From positions 32,001 through 96,000 of IMG/VR virus record IMGVR_UViG_3300021375_000007: a DNA stretch of 64,000 nucleotides; one strand, 5' to 3'. The stretch comes from a virus. Each line of letters starts with the position of its first letter. Position 1 is the first letter of the stretch. The position numbers and the translations under genes are program-made. Shown here one piece after another: positions 29,113 through 39,700 of the stretch. Under the pieces are notes generated by a model. It saw only the letters and a list, made by a program, of their open reading frames with translations, ran no database searches and was not told the origin of the DNA.

Positions 29113-29389
29113 TATAATCCTCCTTAAGGTCATTAATAACGATTTGTGTACTATCAATGCTATATTGTAATTTTGTTATAGATTGATTAAGGCTATCAAT
29201 ATTTTGAAAATATTTAGCACGTGCCACTTCATGCGATTGTATTACTACGTTTAGGCTATCTACTTTTTGCTGTAATTTATATTCTTTTACAGCATCTGCC
29301 GGAGATGGCCTTGTTATAATTGTCATTATTAATATTAGTAGTAATACGGCAATTGTTATAACGTGCCAATATTGCTTAACTAATGTCAT
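29036..29389 (-). CDS. N-terminally anchored coiled-coil membrane protein (i-spanin/Rz-like)
   Basis: One N-terminal TM segment followed by a coiled coil; overlaps the next gene by 77 bp. Confidence 0.6.
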   Translation of the reverse strand: MTLVKQYWHVITIAVLLLILIMTIITRPSPADAVKEYKLQQKVDSLNVVIQSHEVARAKYFQNIDSLNQSITKLQYSIDSTQIVINDLKEDYNETLETISNFNTNDISEFFAKRYGK

Positions 29390-29991
29390 GATAAATCCTC
29401 TAAAAGTTTTTTCTTGAAATCTACAAACTCATTATCCATAAAATCTAAATATGTATCTCTGTCGACTTGATCCCATGTTTCTGTGGTACCATCGCTATTA
29501 ACAAATTCTTTTTTACCTTTCAATGCTTCACGCAATAATTCGAACTCTTTATCAACATCCTTAAGCCACGATTCGGCATTAGCTTTCATGAATTTTTTAG
29601 AATACTCTTCCCAAGCTTCTTTACCTTGTTGTTTAATCTTACGTTCGTTAACTAATACACAGCTAAAGCATGTCCCATGTATGCGATACATTTTTTCATG
29701 TAATTTCTTTTCATGGTCGCGCATATCACCACCACATTCGGGACAAATGGCTGGAATTGTCAATGCTTCACGGACCGTATCTATTATACTATTTCTTGCA
29801 GTTTTAACACGAAATCCGTCTTTCTGTTCCCACCGGTATGTAGTACCTGTTGCATTTGCCTCGTACCATACATCACCTACCTCTCGCTTTTTGCTAGCAG
29901 ATTTAGTATATCCACTAACCGATCGGTTTTGTGATTTATGACTACCGTCGAGTAGTTCCTTGATGTTTTCTAAATTACTTTTTTTTGTCAT
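29386..29991 (-). CDS. Hypothetical Zn-finger protein
   Basis: CPEC...CFSC pairs. Confidence 0.7.
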   Translation of the reverse strand: MTKKSNLENIKELLDGSHKSQNRSVSGYTKSASKKREVGDVWYEANATGTTYRWEQKDGFRVKTARNSIIDTVREALTIPAICPECGGDMRDHEKKLHEKMYRIHGTCFSCVLVNERKIKQQGKEAWEEYSKKFMKANAESWLKDVDKEFELLREALKGKKEFVNSDGTTETWDQVDRDTYLDFMDNEFVDFKKKLLEDLS

Positions 29992-30006
29992 AACTTGTTT
30001 TTTGGT

Positions 30007-30639
30007 TTATTCTTCTGGGAGTTCTTCTTCCTCAGGTTCTTCTATTGGCTCTTCTGGTATATCATCCACTGGTATATCATCAATAGGCTCTTCAATAGGT
30101 TCTTCCATTGGCTCTTCTTCACCTTGCTGAGCAAGCAATCCAGAAACAATATCACTAATCTTACTCGTCGGTACTCCGATCATTTTTGCAAACTTAACAA
30201 TTGCTTCTGCTCTTGCCGCATCAGGCTTAGAACCTAATCTTGCAAATCGTTTACCTAACACAGACTTACCTAGAATGCTAAATAATTGATTAACATCTAC
30301 ACGACCATCTTCTTCCGTTGGTAATGCAGGAATTTCTTCTTTTTCTTCACGTAATTTAGATTTATATCGTTTGGCACTTTCTACTAAATCCGGTAACGCT
30401 CTTTGCAATTTTTGCTTGGTAGAAGAATCTAATCCAACCTTCTTAATCATTGCAACAATAAATTCCACTTTCTGTGGCGGGGTTAGTTTACCAAATTCAG
30501 CATCAGAATCAAATTTCTTTAAAGCTGTTTTTGTAGCACCTTTTGCCTTTTTAATGTAATCAGGCTCATCTGCCTCTTTAAGATATTTACGAATTTGAGC
30601 TCTTATAGCTTCTCGTAATTTTTTTTCTGTACGTGTCAT
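30007..30639 (-). CDS. Hypothetical protein with EEP repeats (candidate internal head protein)
   Basis: N-terminal LREAIRAQIRKYLKE; acidic Pro-rich tail; late motif upstream. Confidence 0.7.
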   Translation of the reverse strand: MTRTEKKLREAIRAQIRKYLKEADEPDYIKKAKGATKTALKKFDSDAEFGKLTPPQKVEFIVAMIKKVGLDSSTKQKLQRALPDLVESAKRYKSKLREEKEEIPALPTEEDGRVDVNQLFSILGKSVLGKRFARLGSKPDAARAEAIVKFAKMIGVPTSKISDIVSGLLAQQGEEEPMEEPIEEPIDDIPVDDIPEEPIEEPEEEELPEE

Positions 30640-30663
30640 ATAGTAAGTCCTTTGTTATAAATA

Positions 30664-33084
30664 TTACCGAGAATAACGAAATAGGCCTAATAGTTGATTT
30701 ACTGGTGCAAATGCGCCTGTATATTTGTAGGTCTTTCCTTTATATACAAATACTATGCCTTCTGATGGTACTATTTTATCAAAACCACCTAATCGTTCTA
30801 TTCTCTGTAATTGAATTTGTAATTTATTTAATGCTTCAAGATCATTTGAATCTTTAACAGCCTTTATTGCTTGTGCTACATCTTTCCTTAGGCTCTTAAC
30901 AGAATCCGCAGGATTAACTGCTAGATAATTAGTAATGTTACGCATTACATCGGCTCCTAACTCTAAAAAGATTTCTTCAAACTTTTTAATATTCTTTTTA
31001 CCTAAGGCCACTGATTGTGTTTTATCAATTTCTTTAGCCTTAGCTAATACAGCAGCATCAGGTATATTTTTTCCATTTAGCCTAAATGATTTATCACCCA
31101 ATGCCCATCGCCTCGTTAATCCATCTTTTACTTCTGGGGAGGCTTCTGGTATATTCTCATTAATGAATTTGGTCCACCATTCTTCATGATATTCAGATAC
31201 TTCTGCCTTATCCGGCAAACCAAACTCTTTTTGAATCTTATTTATCTTGCTAATATAATAAGGTACCTTTTCATCAAATTCAATATCCTTTTGCATTTGA
31301 ATTACATTTGGTGGTATAATCTTAAAATGCTCCTGTGTATCTGCATTTACTTTAGCAATTATCTTTTGAAGCTTATCACCCTGGTCTGGATATGATTTAA
31401 CTTTTTTACCAGTCTCATCAAATTCATCTAACCCATGGAATTGCAGATATGCAGCAGGTCCATATGATATAACATTTTGAGTGGCCGGATATATAATTTC
31501 CAAATTAACAAATCTACGACCATTCTGAAATAATTTAGTTCGTTGAGCTTCTGGTATTGCTAAAATAGCCTTTTCTAGATCTTCCATGGCATAAACAAAT
31601 GCTTTTTCAATATCTCCCCTGCCTTCAAATTTTTGAGCAATATCATCAATACTCATTGGATTGATAACTGTTGATTTATTTCTAGCAGCACCGACTTGAC
31701 CGTCTTTAAACGTAACTTGCAAATTCTGGCCATCCGTCTTTTCAGATACAGCTGATTCTAAATCTAATTCACCTGCCAATGACCGTCTTACTAATTCTTT
31801 AAGATCTTCAAAAGTTAAATCATTATCATCAAATGGATGTGCCATATGGCCTGCTGCTCCGCCTTCTGTTAATAATTTAGATTCTTTAAGAATTGATTTG
31901 AATTGCATGTTCCACCATTCTTTACTAGTTACAGATTCATCCATTGCTATTGGGTCCTTGCTAATTGTTTTAGGTGTTGCCTTAAGTACACTGGTAGGCT
32001 CTTTGATACTCGATTCAATAGAATCTTCGGCACCTAAGAAATTTAAAAATTTATATCCTACTTGCTGAGCTACATTATTAATATATGATTTCCATTTATT
32101 ATATGCAGGCTTACCTTTTAATTCTTTGAAATAATTTGTTCCTGAATCTACTGCACCGTCAATACCTACCGGAAAGAATGATACCGCCGGTACAGGTCCG
32201 CCTGGAAATTTAGTATCATATTTTGGTAGTTCTTTGTTTCCGTTAAGATAATTTATAACGGTATATCCTAACCTTTTTGCAATTTTTGCTGTACTAGCTT
32301 CATATGATTTATTATTACCATAAAAATATCTCGGACCATCATCCACATCTTGATCGGCTGGTGCTGTAGATGATGCTTCGTTTAATATTGATTTGATATC
32401 ATATGACTCTATAAAACGTTCTATTTGCTCGGCTTGGGATGCATCTGATGCAAGTACCTTCTGGACCATCCCGTAGACCTTAGGATCACTTATACCGGTT
32501 ATATCCTTGAAGCTTTTTTCATCTGCTGTCGCAAGCACTTGTCGCAATGCAGTACCACTCATCTCTCCATCATATCCAGGAATATCAATTTCAACATGAG
32601 GAGCTACGATTACATATCCATGCGTCGCCAATCCTTTCATTTCTTCGCCTTTCTTGTAAGGTTGGAAATATCCAGGGCTACCATCTTTTTTGGTATATGA
32701 TAATCTACCAGCATCCTTTTTACCATACATGATAAGTAATGCTGTAGTATCAGGATCAAATTGGTCCGTGATTTCAACTGGTCTATATGGATTAGTTTTT
32801 ACTACTTGCCCTGCAGGTACTCCCATGGCTGATATAATTGATTTTTTTTGATCAAATGTAAATGGTGATTTATCTTTTAGCTTACCTTTACTATCCATGT
32901 TATCAGCTGTTGCAATAAAAGTATTTTCTTTGCCAAATTGCTTTGCTAACCAATCATATGCTTCTTTATGATGCTTACCGAAAGGTTGGAACCTTCCGGG
33001 GTAGATTGCAATTACTTTATCAATACCATTATCTTCAGTGATAATGCGTTCTGCTAACCAAGTACCTAAATCCATCTTATCCAT
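30664..33084 (-). CDS. Multidomain protein: cytidylyltransferase-like (HIGH-superfamily) domain plus ATP-dependent ligase-like nucleotidyltransferase domain
   Basis: N-terminal IYPGRFQPFGKHH and MSGTALR; C-terminal SEKTDGQN (KxDG), EII, EGIVF and terminal YKYTG motifs. Confidence 0.7.
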   Translation of the reverse strand: MDKMDLGTWLAERIITEDNGIDKVIAIYPGRFQPFGKHHKEAYDWLAKQFGKENTFIATADNMDSKGKLKDKSPFTFDQKKSIISAMGVPAGQVVKTNPYRPVEITDQFDPDTTALLIMYGKKDAGRLSYTKKDGSPGYFQPYKKGEEMKGLATHGYVIVAPHVEIDIPGYDGEMSGTALRQVLATADEKSFKDITGISDPKVYGMVQKVLASDASQAEQIERFIESYDIKSILNEASSTAPADQDVDDGPRYFYGNNKSYEASTAKIAKRLGYTVINYLNGNKELPKYDTKFPGGPVPAVSFFPVGIDGAVDSGTNYFKELKGKPAYNKWKSYINNVAQQVGYKFLNFLGAEDSIESSIKEPTSVLKATPKTISKDPIAMDESVTSKEWWNMQFKSILKESKLLTEGGAAGHMAHPFDDNDLTFEDLKELVRRSLAGELDLESAVSEKTDGQNLQVTFKDGQVGAARNKSTVINPMSIDDIAQKFEGRGDIEKAFVYAMEDLEKAILAIPEAQRTKLFQNGRRFVNLEIIYPATQNVISYGPAAYLQFHGLDEFDETGKKVKSYPDQGDKLQKIIAKVNADTQEHFKIIPPNVIQMQKDIEFDEKVPYYISKINKIQKEFGLPDKAEVSEYHEEWWTKFINENIPEASPEVKDGLTRRWALGDKSFRLNGKNIPDAAVLAKAKEIDKTQSVALGKKNIKKFEEIFLELGADVMRNITNYLAVNPADSVKSLRKDVAQAIKAVKDSNDLEALNKLQIQLQRIERLGGFDKIVPSEGIVFVYKGKTYKYTGAFAPVNQLLGLFRYSR

Positions 33085-33096
33085 TTATTATATATA

Positions 33097-33639
33097 TTAT
33101 GAGAATCCGCTATTAGATAATATTACATATCCCGGATCATTCACATTACTATTAATTACCGAGAGGAATGCATATTGAGCAGTTGCTGACTTAGATATAG
33201 CACCGTCAATTTTACGTACCGAATTTGCACCTTCTACGGTAACTGTGCCAGTCGACGTTATCTTTTTTATATAATAAATACGTCCATAATTACTAGCGAC
33301 GGCATTAGGTGGTAACTTAATTGTAACCGTACCACTAGTGGCATCTATTAATAGTAACGTAGAAACATCAAAATCACTATCCGACAATGTACTAGTACCA
33401 CCGCTATAGGTATATACATTTGGTATATGTACGTTTCCAGACATTACGGTATCACTAGCTATTGTAACCGCACCGTCTAGAATAATATTACCATCTTGTC
33501 TTATTGAACCTGTAATTTCAACATCATTTCTAAAATGATTAGTATCTTCAGCTCCATCGGTTGATTCTATAATAATCGGAACTCCATTTACCTTTGCAAA
33601 TGTATATCGTTCGTTTTCACTTAAGCTTATATTACTCAT
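33097..33639 (-). CDS. Virion fibre-like protein
   Basis: DATSGTVTIKLP...GRIYYIKK...IDG beta-sandwich pattern common at fibre C-termini. Confidence 0.6.
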   Translation of the reverse strand: MSNISLSENERYTFAKVNGVPIIIESTDGAEDTNHFRNDVEITGSIRQDGNIILDGAVTIASDTVMSGNVHIPNVYTYSGGTSTLSDSDFDVSTLLLIDATSGTVTIKLPPNAVASNYGRIYYIKKITSTGTVTVEGANSVRKIDGAISKSATAQYAFLSVINSNVNDPGYVILSNSGFS

Positions 33640-33647
33640 ATATACCC

Positions 33648-36005
33648 CTAAATTGGTGAATCATTATTATATGCAGCTGCGATGCTACCAAATACACTAT
33701 CATTATCAAATGTAACATTTGTTATGCTGGAACTTATAAATACATTGACTTCACAAGATCTTCCTACATTACTATTTGGTATTAATACATTTGTAATAGG
33801 TCCTACGGCGGCTGAACTATTATTGTATGGAGCTGTCTTAAGTTCCATATTTAATGTTACTGAACCTGTATATCCTGGTTTCTGCCCACCGGTACCATCA
33901 AACACCAACATAACACCACCCGCTTCATCGGGATCATCTCTAAAATATGATGCACTATTCGACTGCCCTACTTTAATAAGTGTTTCTGCAAAATTTGTCG
34001 CGGTTACTAATCCCTGATTACTTAGATGAAAATTAGAAGATGATATTTCCAATTTACCGCCTGATCCTGATATAAACTGATTATTGGCATTTCCTAAAAA
34101 GAATTTATCGGTAACTACTTCCAATCCTGCATTAGGACCGGCCGTACGGAATCGGAAATAACTTCCGGAATCTTGTACTAGCTCTAATCCTACTCCACCA
34201 TCTACGTAATCATTTGTTTCATTTGGTATTACCGATCCAGAGAACATCATCCATCCAGATCCTGATCCTGCAGATGCAGATGTAAATCCATTATATCCAA
34301 TTGATCGTATAAATCCCGAGTTCTGTCCTGACTGCTGAATACCTTCACCAACTCCCGAACCTATATATTGGGATCCCGTAATTAAATTACTATTTCCTTG
34401 TATATAAAGATTTTCTCCGGAGAATACTGCTCCATATATAAATGAAGTTAATGCGGCTGGCGTGCCTTGATAATCTAAATATTCAAATCTAAACGTTAGC
34501 GGTGTATTTAAATGCTGAGATGGTATTCGAATATCCATTCTTGCAAAATTAGGACTAAACCCAGTTTCAACGTTAGTTCTTAACGATATATCTGCAATTG
34601 TCCAACTTCCGCCACGCACTATAAAATATATAGTAGCTCTTTTAGTTTCATTCGATTCGAATTCAAATGTAGTATCTTGATATGCCTGGGCAGGTGTCAC
34701 TGTTAATGGTGCATTTGGACTAGTTGATATTGACCCTATTAACGTACCATATATTCCGCCAGACTGGTAATCCGTACTTTCAATTGAAGTAGGTACATAA
34801 TCCATATCAGGTATTACCTGTGAGCCGCTTATATATACATCTAATCGCATTGAATCGGTATTACCAAATGAATCAGTAATATTAGCTGGGCCAGGAAATA
34901 CCGCGGTACTATAATGGCCAAATTCTAAAATATATTTAGTTCGCTTTTTTAATTCTGGCATATGGCCCGCGTCTGATAGCAGATTGAATGCAATAGCCTC
35001 TCCATTTGAATATGCCCCGGCCGGGGTTAATTCAGCACCACCCATTATATTGCTAGGTTCATATGCTACTGATGGACTGGCCATTCCACCAACACCACTT
35101 GCAGACCAATTATCAGTTATGTCTGGCAAATTAACAAATAATCCTGTTGATGGATCTGATGCACCAAATATTGGATTAACTGAGCTAGGTAATGAACCTG
35201 TAGTTAATTGTTCTTGCTGCTCTAATACCGTTAATCCTAAATCTATAAAGTTACCATATGAACCACCTGGCTTATAAGATGTTCTAATTGCATATACATC
35301 ACCTGTCGCAGGATCTAAATCCGATATTACAATTTGCGCAAAGCTCTGCGATTGTTGCGTATATACTGTTGCTTGAGGTAATATAAAACTTGATGTGAAA
35401 TTTGTCGTAGGTACAGGCGATTGGCCGGTCGGTCCGAAAGATGTAAATGAGTATGGAGCAAATTGCGCGGTAGGATCTACTGGCGTCAAATCAATTCCAT
35501 AAAATACAAATCCAGCGCTGGTATTAGTTAGTATGGCATTGCAAGTAGTACTATTAGTAATGCTTGTTATTTGAAACTGAAACGAACCGCTTAATTGAGT
35601 TTGGCCGGTTGTAGCTAATTCACCAGTGGCCACTGTCATTGGAATAGTTAGCTCAGCTATATTAAAAATTTTGTTAGTACCGTCATCATGTACTACCATG
35701 CCAGCTGGGGCTTCTACATAAGGATCTACAACGGTAACGGTACCTCCGACCATTGATGCTGATAATGCAAATCCTGTAAATGTTAATATACTACTATATG
35801 GCGCACTAATATTGCCTTCTTCGCCACTTGCATTTAACTGAACATTATTAGGATTATTTTGTGAATTATTTGAATTACCACCGCCGCTATTTCCAGGAGA
35901 ATTATTTCGCTCGCCAATAAATACAGTTCCACCGCCACCGCCGCCTTCTTCTATCGGACCTTGTGGTGGCAGGAGATTACGAAATAACAGAGGATCATTT
36001 GGCAT
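33648..36005 (-). CDS. Large virion structural protein
   Basis: 785 aa, Ser/Gly/Thr-rich and beta-rich; low-complexity N-terminal linker; AAAGGA before the ATG. Confidence 0.7.
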   Translation of the reverse strand: MPNDPLLFRNLLPPQGPIEEGGGGGGTVFIGERNNSPGNSGGGNSNNSQNNPNNVQLNASGEEGNISAPYSSILTFTGFALSASMVGGTVTVVDPYVEAPAGMVVHDDGTNKIFNIAELTIPMTVATGELATTGQTQLSGSFQFQITSITNSTTCNAILTNTSAGFVFYGIDLTPVDPTAQFAPYSFTSFGPTGQSPVPTTNFTSSFILPQATVYTQQSQSFAQIVISDLDPATGDVYAIRTSYKPGGSYGNFIDLGLTVLEQQEQLTTGSLPSSVNPIFGASDPSTGLFVNLPDITDNWSASGVGGMASPSVAYEPSNIMGGAELTPAGAYSNGEAIAFNLLSDAGHMPELKKRTKYILEFGHYSTAVFPGPANITDSFGNTDSMRLDVYISGSQVIPDMDYVPTSIESTDYQSGGIYGTLIGSISTSPNAPLTVTPAQAYQDTTFEFESNETKRATIYFIVRGGSWTIADISLRTNVETGFSPNFARMDIRIPSQHLNTPLTFRFEYLDYQGTPAALTSFIYGAVFSGENLYIQGNSNLITGSQYIGSGVGEGIQQSGQNSGFIRSIGYNGFTSASAGSGSGWMMFSGSVIPNETNDYVDGGVGLELVQDSGSYFRFRTAGPNAGLEVVTDKFFLGNANNQFISGSGGKLEISSSNFHLSNQGLVTATNFAETLIKVGQSNSASYFRDDPDEAGGVMLVFDGTGGQKPGYTGSVTLNMELKTAPYNNSSAAVGPITNVLIPNSNVGRSCEVNVFISSSITNVTFDNDSVFGSIAAAYNNDSPI

Positions 36006-36093
36006 TACAGTTCCTTTGAGGTTGTATCACATATTTCGAAAACTTCTGAAGTGATTGTGTATTAAATATATTAGGGATATATAGCATTGTTAA

Positions 36094-36753
36094 TCATCTC
36101 TCTTCTATCAAGCCCGTGAATAGTTCAAACCCTGGCATTGATATCGGTGGTGCTGTTGTCACTGGTGTACATGTAACAGATGCGCCGCCCGATCCGGTTA
36201 CTGTTGTTTGCACATTAAATACATCTACCGGCTGCAAGTATGGCTGGACTACTTCTTGTATTGCTATAGTAGGTTGGCGCGTATATATAATTTCATTATT
36301 ATTACGTGCTAGCGGTTGTACTGTAATTGGTCTCTGCCATAATAAATTTGGAATCTGTTTGAAATTAGGACTCTCACCATCCGATGAAAATGGATATTGT
36401 TCTCCTGTTTCTGGATTAACTCGTGCACGGCTAGCTAAATATACTATAGCAGGGCCTGGCGAGGTATTAGGATAAATATATACTGATACTACACGAGTAC
36501 CATCAGCCTCACGATATTTTAATGGCTCATAATATATAGGAGTTCCATTATAATCTAATATTTCTATGTATATTTCAGCTCCATCAGCAAAATTTCTAGG
36601 ATGTGCTCGTAATTTAAATAAATTTTTACCAGCTTGAAAATTATCTGGAAAATCTACTATTCTAAAAAAGTCTAAAGATAATGGATCTGTATCCACTAAA
36701 TCGTAAGGTAAATCTTTTAATCCAACATATGAAACTTTTTTACGTAATGACAT
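36094..36753 (-). CDS. Virion structural protein
   Basis: Start revised to ATG 36753 (late motif at 36766-36773 plus AAGG); beta-rich. Confidence 0.7.
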   Translation of the reverse strand: MSLRKKVSYVGLKDLPYDLVDTDPLSLDFFRIVDFPDNFQAGKNLFKLRAHPRNFADGAEIYIEILDYNGTPIYYEPLKYREADGTRVVSVYIYPNTSPGPAIVYLASRARVNPETGEQYPFSSDGESPNFKQIPNLLWQRPITVQPLARNNNEIIYTRQPTIAIQEVVQPYLQPVDVFNVQTTVTGSGGASVTCTPVTTAPPISMPGFELFTGLIEER

Positions 36754-36773
36754 GGCTACCTTTAAAATAAATA

Positions 36774-39700
36774 TCAATCATATGATATTTTCGAGTATCC
36801 AGACTCCTTCTTGATTTCTATTAAACTATCAACGATATCTCTCATTGCATCAATATGGGATATACTTAAAATAAATCCAAATTGTGATTTTAAGTAATCA
36901 AATAGCATATACATTGAATTGAGATTATCTGAATCTAAATTACCAAATCCTTCATCTATTGCTATAAAGTTGGGACGAGGTAAACTAGATATATGAATTA
37001 ATGATGCTCGTATCGCAAGACTTGATATAAATTTTTCCATGCCAGATGTCAATTCCAATGGCCAATAATTATCAGTATCATATACAATATAAGCATTTAT
37101 ATTTTTGCCATCTGTATTAAGTAGGATCGTAAATTCAACTATTTGAGTTAATATATTATTTACCTCAGCTTCAATTTGTGGCAATGCCTTAGTAATTAAA
37201 TCATATGGTACTCCATCACGCTTAACAGCTTTAAGATAATATTCATATCCAGTATATGATTGCTCTAACTCAATTAATCGGTCAATTGATTTTTCAACGT
37301 CTGTTTTAGTTTTTTGGGCTATAATTAATCTAGGTCGTAATTTTGATAGTGTACTTTCAATTTCATTAATCTCGGATTCAGTATCACTTAATTCAGATTC
37401 AATTATTACTATTTGCTCATTTAACTCTTTATTAGCTTTAACTATTTCTTTTTGCTCTTCAGCCTTAGCGAGAAGATCTATATATTTATCTAAATTCCAT
37501 TTAACTGCTTGGTATTCAGAATTAATCTTACTTAATTCATATTTAATTGATGATTCTTTTTTAATTGCATCACCTAAATCAGATTCAGCCGTACCTAATT
37601 CAGATACCAATGTATTATATGAATTCTTATTATATATACTACTTGAATATGTAATTTTATTAGTTAAATCATCAATCTTACTAGTAATATCCGGAATTGA
37701 TTCTGATTCTATAATTGCCGTTTGCACTATTGGATTTGAAGTGCAATATGTACAATTTGGATCATATTCATGTGATTCCAATTGAGATGCCAGTGACTCT
37801 TTATGTGATAATATATCTTGCTGTACCTTAAGATTACCATGCAGTGATTTGATATAATATATTGCAGTTTCACATTCTTCTATTTTCTCAGGTAACCTAT
37901 CTGCAATTAAAATATCATATGCAGCACGTGTAGTCTTTATTAACTCTTCTGTTTCCTTTAAATTTATATCCCAGTCATGAATCGTACCTTCAAGAATAAC
38001 AGCAGATTGAGTGAAATGTGAATATTGCCCCTGCAGGTATTTTATATCCGTCAGCTCAGAATCTACCGGCTTTAAATCTTTAGTAGTATTTAATAACTCG
38101 GTTGATAATGCAGTACGTATTTCAATTAGGCTATTCCGCTCTTTATCATATTCTTGTAATGAGGCTGAAACTGAATTTATGGTTGTAATTGCATCGGATA
38201 GTTCCGTAGAATAATCCGTACGCTTATGTTCCTTTATAGCTGCAGCTGTTTCTTTTATTTCTTCATTTGCAATTTGGTATTGCTGATCAAATATATCAAT
38301 ATCTAAAAACTGAGATAATAAATCTTTTCGCTCTCGCTGAGATTTATCAATAAATCCAGTATTGTTATTTTGCAATGATAATGCCGTTAAAATAAAGTCA
38401 TCATATGTACCTAAATACGTACGTATAATTTTATTAGTAGAATCACGTTGGTCTCCGTTAAGTAGAACTTTATTGCCTTCCTCATCTATAGACCAAAAAT
38501 TAACTAATACTCTCACATGGCCATGATTATTTTTAACGCCACTTCGTTCTATATAATATGGCCGGCCTTCTAATTCAAATTCAAACTTTGATTGAAAGGA
38601 TGATTTTTTATTATTTAATACATGGCGAGCCTTTGATGTCCTAGAACATTTATCAAAGCAACAAAATGATAATGCATCCAACAATGTCGATTTGCCACTG
38701 GCGTTTGGTGCGAATAATCCATATGTACCAGTCATATTAGTAAAATCAATTTTATTGGAATCTCCATAACTAAACATATTAGAAAACTCAAACACTTTAG
38801 GGATCCATGTTACATTCCGGTTTGCAACTAGTTCTGGTATCTTACTATGGACTTTTCGATTAATGTGTCTAATAGCATCTAGAACCGGCTCTGATATAAC
38901 ATAATTATCAGTTAAATATTCGCTTATAATTTTATTCTGAGATTCAACTTCTCTATAATCAGCAAAATTAATTTTTCGTGTTACCGCGCTTTGATTAAGA
39001 TTATTAATCCGTTGAATGCTTAATTCCTTAACCTTATATTTTTGTTTAAGCTCAGTTACAATTAATTTCAAGGCACTAGTATCCGTATCCGTTACTTTAA
39101 GGCGCAGTCTTGGCTTGGGTGGTACATTATTAGATGCATTAACGATCTTGCCATTTTTAACCTCAAACGTATAATAACCATAATCATTTTTAATTGGTAC
39201 GAATTCAGATTCTCTTTGAGCTACATCCCATACCATAATACCATGTACTAAAGCCTCCCCATGCGATTGCTGTATTAATGAACCTGGATATGCTATAGTT
39301 TTTTCATTGTTAAGATATTGTGTTTTATGAATATCACCTAACAAGACTAAATCATGGCCAGCAAATAAATCATTAGTAACATGAGTATTTGATAACGATA
39401 TACCTAAATCAGTCGTGGCATTATGTACTGCGCCGTGGTGTAATGCAATCTTGTTTGTGCCTTCGAACTCAGCACCACGAATAAAATCAGCCGGCTTATC
39501 AAATACCGACATTACATTGAATTGGCAATCGCCTAACTCATATATATCAGTATCCTTAAGATAATATACCGATGGATGATTAATAGCATTAACAATTGGA
39601 GTAATGGCATCTAACCGATAACTATTATTTAAATTGCAATCATGATTACCAGCAATTATAATGGTAGGAGCGATTTCAGCACATTTGGTAAAGAATTCAC

